DNA of 63,950 nt, counting the filler, from Thraustochytrium aureum (lineage: Eukaryota), in NCBI GenBank assembly GCA_012862495.1. It is 5 parts of 5 records of this genome, joined end to end, with 100 filler letters (N's around TTAATTAATTAA, not from the genome) between each part and the next. Parts side by side here need not be neighbours in the genome. Positions count along the whole stretch, not along the records: positions 57,887 to 62,772 come from BLSG01000419.1; positions 62,873 to 63,950 come from BLSG01000426.1; 3 more parts are not named here. One strand, given 5' to 3'. Below are positions 57,787 to 63,950 of the stretch, one piece after another. Numbering within the stretch: position 1 is the stretch's first letter; every line of letters begins with the position of its first letter. Under the pieces are notes generated by a model. It was not told where the DNA came from. It worked only from the letters and a program-made list of their open reading frames with translations, and searched no databases. A program made the translations under genes and the position numbers.

Positions 57787-57886
57787 NNNNNNNNNNNNNN
57801 NNNNNNNNNNNNNNNNNNNNNNNNNNNNNNTTAATTAATTAANNNNNNNNNNNNNNNNNNNNNNNNNNNNNNNNNNNNNNNNNNNN
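57787..57886. other. Artificial scaffold linker
   Basis: N44-TTAATTAATTAA-N44. Confidence 0.97.
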
Positions 57887-58525
57887 GGGAGTGGATTGAG
57901 CGGGCGGGCGGGCGGGCGGGCGGGGCAAGGACGATCGGGTCTTGAGGCTGCGGCTGAGAAGCGGCGCGAGACTCTTGATCGCGCGCGCGGCGCTCGGCCA
58001 GCCGCGCTGGGGAGCAGAGCTCGACCCGCGCGCTGCGGCTGCAAGGAGGGCTGAGGCTGCGCCGGAAGAGGCCTCGCAGGGACGCGGCAGTCACCTGAGC
58101 TCGGGGTGATCGGAAGGGAAGGGCAAAGAGCGCCCGGCGACGCCGCGCGAGGGGAGCTCGAGTCGCCAACCGCAGCAGCAACACGGAGAAGCGAGCCGCG
58201 GGCGAACAGATCGGGGCATCAGGCGCCAGTTAGGTCATTGAGTAACGCTCGAAGCGTGTGACGGGGAGCCCAGCCGAGCCCGAGCCCAGCCCGAGCCCAA
58301 GCCCAAGCCCTCGCGGCAGGCGTGCCGCTCAAGCAGGAGGCCCGAGAGCAACCGCCGTTGCCGCTCTGCCCGCACGGGCGCGCGCGCGCGCAGAGAGAGC
58401 CGCCGAGCGGAGGATGCGAGTGGGGACGAAGGAGCTTGCAACGTAATCGCATAGCATACCCCAAAGACAAGCGTCGGGCCGGAACAGGCCCCCCGCGCTA
58501 CACCAGGGACGCGGAACGGTGTGGT

Positions 58526-60097
58526 ATGGACCCCAACCGCAGCGGTTTTCAGCACTGGGCCCTCAACCACGGACGATCAACCCCGGGATCAAACCAGCTT
58601 TCAGAGCAAGTACGCCAGTCGCTCGAGATCCCAGCGCCTGGCCAGATCAACAGCCCGCGCCAGAACGGGCAAACTGCAGCTTCGGCTGAGTATGCTGGAC
58701 AGGGCCACCCTGTTCTATCAAGCTTTCGAAACGACCAAGCCCGCCAACTGCCCATGATGGACTCGCACTCGCGCCACATGCAGCAACAGCACCAGTCGGT
58801 GAACCAGCAGGCGGCCTTTGCTGCCGCTCAACAGCACAGCGCGCAGCAACCCACGGGGCCCTCCATGGCGCAATTCAGCGCCATGGGCCACGCCAACCAA
58901 GGCGGCGCCTTCGGCAGCTCCCAATTCACGGGCTCGCACGGCGCCTCGAGCCAGAACCCCAGCAACATGCACGTGCTCGCCATGAGCGGCGGCTCCCACG
59001 GTATCGACGCGCCTGGCCATGACCAGGCAAACGGCCAGCTCAAGGGCATGTCCTCGCAGCACGCGGCCATGCCGTTTCTCGGCGACGGGTCGATGGCGCA
59101 CCACTTCCAGGCCCACTCGAACCCGTTCGCCATGCCGCACGCCTACATGATGCCGAGCTCTGTTGCCACCTCTGCGGGGGCAGCGGGGGGCCTTCACGGC
59201 AGCATCGGCCACTCCTACCCGGGGTACATGGTCGGGGACGCCGCCTCTGCAGCTGCAGCCGCGGCCGCGGCCTTTGCCTCCAACCCGCACGCCCTGTCGT
59301 ACGGCGCCTTCCACCCAAACATGATGCCTGGCTTNNNNNNNNNNNNNNNNNNNNNNNNNNNNNNNNNNNNNNNNNNNNNNNNNNNNNNNNNNNNNNNNNN
59401 NNNNNNNNNNNNNNNNNNNNNNNNNNNNNNNNNNNNNNNNNNNNNNNNNNNNNNNNNNNNNCCGGTCGGCGGCGCTACGCTCGAGAAGCGCGAGTCCGAG
59501 TCTGCCAACCCCAACCCAGCAAAGCGCAAGCGGCGCCGGGTGCGCTCCAAGTCTAGCTCGTCGCGCGGCGCCCCCGGGTCCGGCCGCGGCCTCACCTCCC
59601 TGCAGATCTTCGACAAGTACGTCAAGCGAGGCGAGAGCGACCAAGGCGTCAAGCTGGTCGACGCCGCGGGGATCCTCTCTCGGGCCTGTTTCGAGGAGTG
59701 GGTTGACTCGCGCAAGATTCGCCCAGGCAACCCAGAGGAAGCCTTTCGCAAGGCGCTCATCAGCTACATCACCGTCGCGGACGGCGCGTCGCGGCCTTTC
59801 CCGCCCGAGATCGAAAAATGCCTGCTAGTTCTGCTCCGTCGGAAGGAGGTATGGCCCTGCTTCCGCGGCCGCTGCCATGAAGGTTCGAGCAAGGAGATCC
59901 TCATCGGCTCGAATGGCATTCGTGCCAGCGGCTACCATGAGCGCCGCGTCGCAGCGGGGACTGAGCCGGCACCGCTCGCGCTGCCAGCCATCCTCTCTGA
60001 CGATTCCGGCTACGAAGTGGGCGATGACCTCATCGACGGGCGTGCCTTTGGCGTCGACCCGGCCGCCGCCGATGAGGACGATGCAAGCGGCCCGTAG
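58526..60097 (+). CDS. Putative transcription factor: Q/H/A/M-rich low-complexity region, basic NLS, unassigned ~120-aa domain
   Basis: MDPNRSGF..., Gln/His/Ala tracts, KRKRRRVR, then LSRACFEEWVDSRK..NPEEAFRKAL..RPFPPEIE..WPCF..IGSNG..GYHE, which is shared with the paralog at 62085-62772. Confidence 0.75.
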   Translation: MDPNRSGFQHWALNHGRSTPGSNQLSEQVRQSLEIPAPGQINSPRQNGQTAASAEYAGQGHPVLSSFRNDQARQLPMMDSHSRHMQQQHQSVNQQAAFAAAQQHSAQQPTGPSMAQFSAMGHANQGGAFGSSQFTGSHGASSQNPSNMHVLAMSGGSHGIDAPGHDQANGQLKGMSSQHAAMPFLGDGSMAHHFQAHSNPFAMPHAYMMPSSVATSAGAAGGLHGSIGHSYPGYMVGDAASAAAAAAAAFASNPHALSYGAFHPNMMPGXXXXXXXXXXXXXXXXXXXXXXXXXXXXXXXXXXXXXXXXXXXPVGGATLEKRESESANPNPAKRKRRRVRSKSSSSRGAPGSGRGLTSLQIFDKYVKRGESDQGVKLVDAAGILSRACFEEWVDSRKIRPGNPEEAFRKALISYITVADGASRPFPPEIEKCLLVLLRRKEVWPCFRGRCHEGSSKEILIGSNGIRASGYHERRVAAGTEPAPLALPAILSDDSGYEVGDDLIDGRAFGVDPAAADEDDASGP

Positions 60098-60773
60098 CTG
60101 CTCGCGACTTTGCCGAGACAACGTGAGCGAGCGAGCGAGCGGCTTTTGCGGGCGCATTTCAAAGCCCACTCTGCGGCATTCACTAACGACCGCGACACCG
60201 GACACTGACAACAAATCAACGCAACATCGCTCATTGGTTGACCTCGTAGTATTACCGACCGTCTTCGAGCTCGAGCGCGGTAGGCGCTACGCAGGTATTG
60301 GACGGGTGAATGGATGGATGGATGGATGGTCGGGGTCGCGGTGCTGGCGCCCTTGCGCTGCAACGTGGGTCGGGAGACGGGCAAACCGTTTCAAGGATTT
60401 TGAACTTGTTCGCCCTTGCTCACCCTGATGAGCCGCTGCCTGCAGAGAGGCGCCATGGCAAGCGGGCGGGAGGGGAGTGAGGTCGGCAGGCGCACTGGGC
60501 TTCCGGTGGCCTTTGGAGAGGTCCAGTACCAAGTACATTTTCGTTTCATTTTCGTTTCATTTTTCCTTCCTCGCCTCCTTACATCCGTCCAGCCCACAGC
60601 CAGAGTCCAGGGCCAGGGAGCTAGCTGCAGAACTCGAGAGCAGGTCAGCGGGAAGCCGCGGCATCGCACCCAGTCTGCACCTGCCAGAGTGCCCCGCGCG
60701 GCGAAGGAGGCGCCGCTGGCCGGCGCGCGAAAAGGCGATGCGAAGCACCTGCTACATCGTGGCCTCGCACTCG

Positions 60774-61523
60774 CTACTCGGCTTTGAGCTTGCCAAAGTG
60801 CGCCGTCGTTGCACTGCGGTAAAACAGGATCTGCCAAAAGATGACCACGTTCAGGGCCATCGGCAACAGCTCTCCAACGACCGCAAACACGTCGTCCACC
60901 TCTTGGATGACTGTCAGCAAGCGAACCGCTGCGCCAGCCACCGCCGCACCGAGCGTCACGCCCGAGAGCACGCCGGTGTGCCCGTTCGAAAAGTTGACTG
61001 CGATTTGAGGCAGCCTCGACGCGCAGGCGCCCACCGTGCTGTAGACGACAAGCCAATGGCGCGCCTCGGCCGGCACACTGCACATGGCTGCGATCGCCCC
61101 CGCGAGCGCCAAGGCAGACACAACGCGAAACGCCCACCCCTTACGGCCAAACCTCCAAATCAACACAGAGATCAGGATGTTTTGCGCCAGCAGGACGTAC
61201 TTCTCCCCGTACGTGCTGAACGGGCTCCCCAAGAAGTAGTGGTACACCAGCATCGCGGCGTACATGGTCGTTTCCAGGTACACCGAGGAGGTGGACAGCC
61301 CGTCCACGCTGCCGGACCGCGCGATGTTGACAATCAGCGGCACCTTGAGCACGCTGGAGAAGGCCACAATCGCATACCCAGCCACCTTGCTCAGCGTCTG
61401 CTTCAAGCACTCGACGTGCAGCAGGTTCAGCTCCAGCACCAGCACGTCGAAGCATTCGTCCGTGATCAGCAGCGGGCTCACGAGCGGCCGCGTCAGGTTT
61501 AGCGCGCCCCGGACGGCGTCCAT
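60774..61523 (-). CDS. MPDU1: Mannose-P-dolichol utilization defect 1 (Lec35) PQ-loop protein
   Basis: ECF..L..L.CLKQTLSKVAGYAIVAFSSVLKVP, SVDGLS, PFSTYGE, SRLPQIAVNFSNGHTGVLS, RLLTVIQEVDD and LNVVIFWQILFY. Confidence 0.92.
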   Translation of the reverse strand: MDAVRGALNLTRPLVSPLLITDECFDVLVLELNLLHVECLKQTLSKVAGYAIVAFSSVLKVPLIVNIARSGSVDGLSTSSVYLETTMYAAMLVYHYFLGSPFSTYGEKYVLLAQNILISVLIWRFGRKGWAFRVVSALALAGAIAAMCSVPAEARHWLVVYSTVGACASRLPQIAVNFSNGHTGVLSGVTLGAAVAGAAVRLLTVIQEVDDVFAVVGELLPMALNVVIFWQILFYRSATTAHFGKLKAE

Positions 61524-62084
61524 CCTCGCTTGCGCCCGCTGCCCTGCCCACTTCAAAGCCTTCCTTCGCCTCTGTCGCCGCTGCCGCCGCCGCAGTGTTC
61601 GCTCCCAGTCCACGGCGCACGCGCGACGTTGGCCGAATGGATGGACACGTGGATGGATGGACGGATGGTAACAGACGGGGAAGGCACGGCAGTGTGTCTT
61701 GCGGCCTCGCGGGGGCAGGCGCGGCAGGCAGGCTGGCTGGCGCTCGAGCGATGGTGGCGCGCTTGCGGCTCGGCGCGGGCTTGGCCGTGGGCTGGACCGC
61801 TTTGTGGCGCGAGGGGTGGATGCATCGTATGCGCGGCCCGCGGCTCGAACAAGGTGGCCGCCCGCCGCGAGCGTCGACGGCGGGAGGCAGGGTGCGGGCG
61901 CGGGCAGAGAAGAGCAGAGCAGAGCATATAGCGTGCGTAGAGGCTGTTGCTTGGAAGGAAAGCGATGAAGAACGGTTGGTGAGCTGCTACTTGGAGACGC
62001 ACGGGGTGGCTCCGCCTTGGCAAAAGAAAAAGTATTCTCCCTGTAGAGAGCTGCAGAGCAAGTCAGGGGGGGGCAGGCGCTGGG

Positions 62085-62772
62085 CTAGGCGGGGCTCGGG
62101 TGAGCGCTGCCCTCGTCCGCCGGCGGTTTGGGTGAGTCGGACGCAGCCGCGGCCTCCGGCAACTCGGTCTCCTCGTTGGGCTCTCCCTCCTTTGAGCCGG
62201 CCAAGAGAAGCTGCTCGGCATCGTCTCGCTTGGACAAGCTGCGGCGGGCGCGCTTGTGGCGCACACGCTTGCGGCCCACCCTCTGGTCCTCGGGAAGCGC
62301 CTCGTCCAGCTTTTGTTGCTCGTGGTAACCGCGGCAACGCACGCCGTTCGACCCGATCAGCACCGGCTTGCCATCCGCGTAAAACTTGCCAGCAAAGCAC
62401 GGCCAGATCTCGCGCCGTCGCAAGTGCTTGAGAAGGTTGGCCTCCACCTCGGGCGCGAACGGTCGCGAAGCGCCGTCCGCGACGGTAATGTATGAAACCA
62501 CGGCCTTGCGAAACGCCTCCTCGGGATTGCGCAGCACATTCTTGCGCGACTTCACCCAGGCGTCAAAGCATGCGCGCGAGAGGACGCGCGAGGCGTCGTA
62601 CGTTTTTCTGCCTGCAGAGTCAACCGTGACTTTGACAAAGGACTCGAACACCTCAAGCGACGTCGCCCCGCGCTGCAACCTGCGCTTGTAGGTCTGTGCT
62701 ACCGGCTGTTGTACTTGGGCGGCAGGAGCGCCCGGCACGGGCAGTCCGCCACCTGCTGCTCCAGGGTACATG
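62085..62772 (-). CDS. Paralog of the 58526-60097 putative transcription factor; 5' end truncated
   Basis: Same domain (LSRACFDAWVKSRK..NPEEAFRKAV..RPFAPEVE..WPCF..IGSNG..GYHE) followed by basic RKRVRHKRARR. Confidence 0.78.
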
Positions 62773-62872
62773 NNNNNNNNNNNNNNNNNNNNNNNNNNNN
62801 NNNNNNNNNNNNNNNNTTAATTAATTAANNNNNNNNNNNNNNNNNNNNNNNNNNNNNNNNNNNNNNNNNNNN
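62773..62872. other. Artificial scaffold linker
   Basis: N44-TTAATTAATTAA-N44. Confidence 0.97.
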
Positions 62873-63950
62873 TTCCGTCATGAGAGTCTCGAAAGCAAAG
62901 TCGCCTGGGCCGAGACTGCTGGCCCCATCTGGATAGTTGTCTGTTTCACCCGTGTGCCTGTACCACAATTGCCCAGTCGGTATCTCAGTGGCGTACCCGA
63001 ACGAAAGAGTGTAGGTCTGACCTTTCTCGAGGAATCTGGCAAGATTCAGATGGAAAGGGATGCCGAACGACCGGGTGATAATGTGAGCGAAGGTATCGGA
63101 ACACACCGAATTCGCCGCCCAGCTTCCCAAAGAAGGCAACGACAGGCCCTCGCCAGGATGCAAGCTGAAAAGGATGGTGTTCGAGCCCGATCTTGTTCCG
63201 CAACTCAGTGCCAGCCTTACGCCCGTGAGTCGCCCGCTCTTTGTCGGTTTGAAGGACTGCCAGTGAGTTGGAAAAGCGCCGCCTTGGTTTCCATCGGAGC
63301 CTCCGGTCTGTCTTACGTCAACAGTTGTCGGACTCTCCACAAGGAGCCCCGTCGAGCATTTACAGTTGCTGGTGCTAGCATCGAAAACCAGCTGCAGCTC
63401 GGGCAGCGCTGCGCAGGTGCAGGACGATTGGTCTGCGCCAGCCGAACGTCCTGCGAAGCTGCCGCACTGCTTGCAAATGCCAGTGTCACTCAAATGCTCG
63501 TTCTCACTGCAGGTCACGCAAGTGGTCTCTGACATGGCCGTTACGAAAGCAAATTTGTCTGTGCCTCCAAGACTGCTGACACCGGCGGAGTGGCCAGCAA
63601 AGTTATAACCATACGACAGTTCGTCGTCCGAGTTGAGGCCAAACGCGATCGTGTAGTCCTCCCCCGCGAAAAGCATAAGCTTCGGCCCCTCTTGCACGAG
63701 GATTCCATCAGAAACTAGAAAGGTTCGCCAGTCAAAAGATTGACACTGATCGTCGCTAGTAGTCGAAGAGGTCCACAGCACCGGCCCCGCGGTCCCTATG
63801 CCAGCATGTAACGATAGAGTCAACTCAGTTCCCGCTGGGCTGCAACCGAGCATGAGCCTCACGTCGATGAGTTGCCCGTTAAACGTGGGTGAGAAGCTCT
63901 GCCATTTCGCGCCATTGGAAGTCCCCTGATATCGGTTTAGAGCGTACGGA
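62873..63950 (-). CDS. Internal fragment of a large extracellular protein: repeated beta-sandwich-like modules separated by Cys-rich linkers
   Basis: Frame open across the whole fragment. Two copies of WQSF.PT..G.L..VRL.L.C...SLH.G.G...G..YT..FG.....G.SSLG...FAF.T, with a CVTC..C..C..C.C..C.C linker between them. Confidence 0.75.

Overview
This is GC-rich, gene-dense eukaryotic nuclear DNA with few short GT-AG introns (GTAAGT donors, CTGAC/CTAAC branch points). Gene content and architecture suggest a heterotrophic stramenopile, most likely a thraustochytrid/labyrinthulomycete (inference). The window is five scaffolds joined by an artificial 100-nt linker (N44-TTAATTAATTAA-N44), with many N gaps and homopolymer-type frameshifts that look like sequencing errors. 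About 28 protein genes or gene fragments can be read. These include a JmjC oxygenase, a C2/EF-hand protein, an L-lectin multi-TM protein, an SLC25-thioredoxin-fold fusion, a J-domain protein, a PdeD/PdeE-type phosphodiesterase, an SLC35B transporter, MET17, a rhodanese-methyltransferase fusion, an M19 dipeptidase, TKL and Hippo/MST kinases, an FHA-RING ligase, a class C GPCR, a CBS-PB1 protein, an ankyrin protein, a tubulin deglutamylase and MPDU1. Two observations stand out. First, an intronless SDR-fold gene (26582-27328) carries both diagnostic motifs of bacterial halohydrin dehalogenases yet sits next to an intron-containing eukaryotic gene. Second, two inverted paralogs flanking MPDU1 share an unassigned ~120-aa domain with transcription-factor-like architecture. 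No rRNA, tRNA, CRISPR array or intact transposon was recognised.
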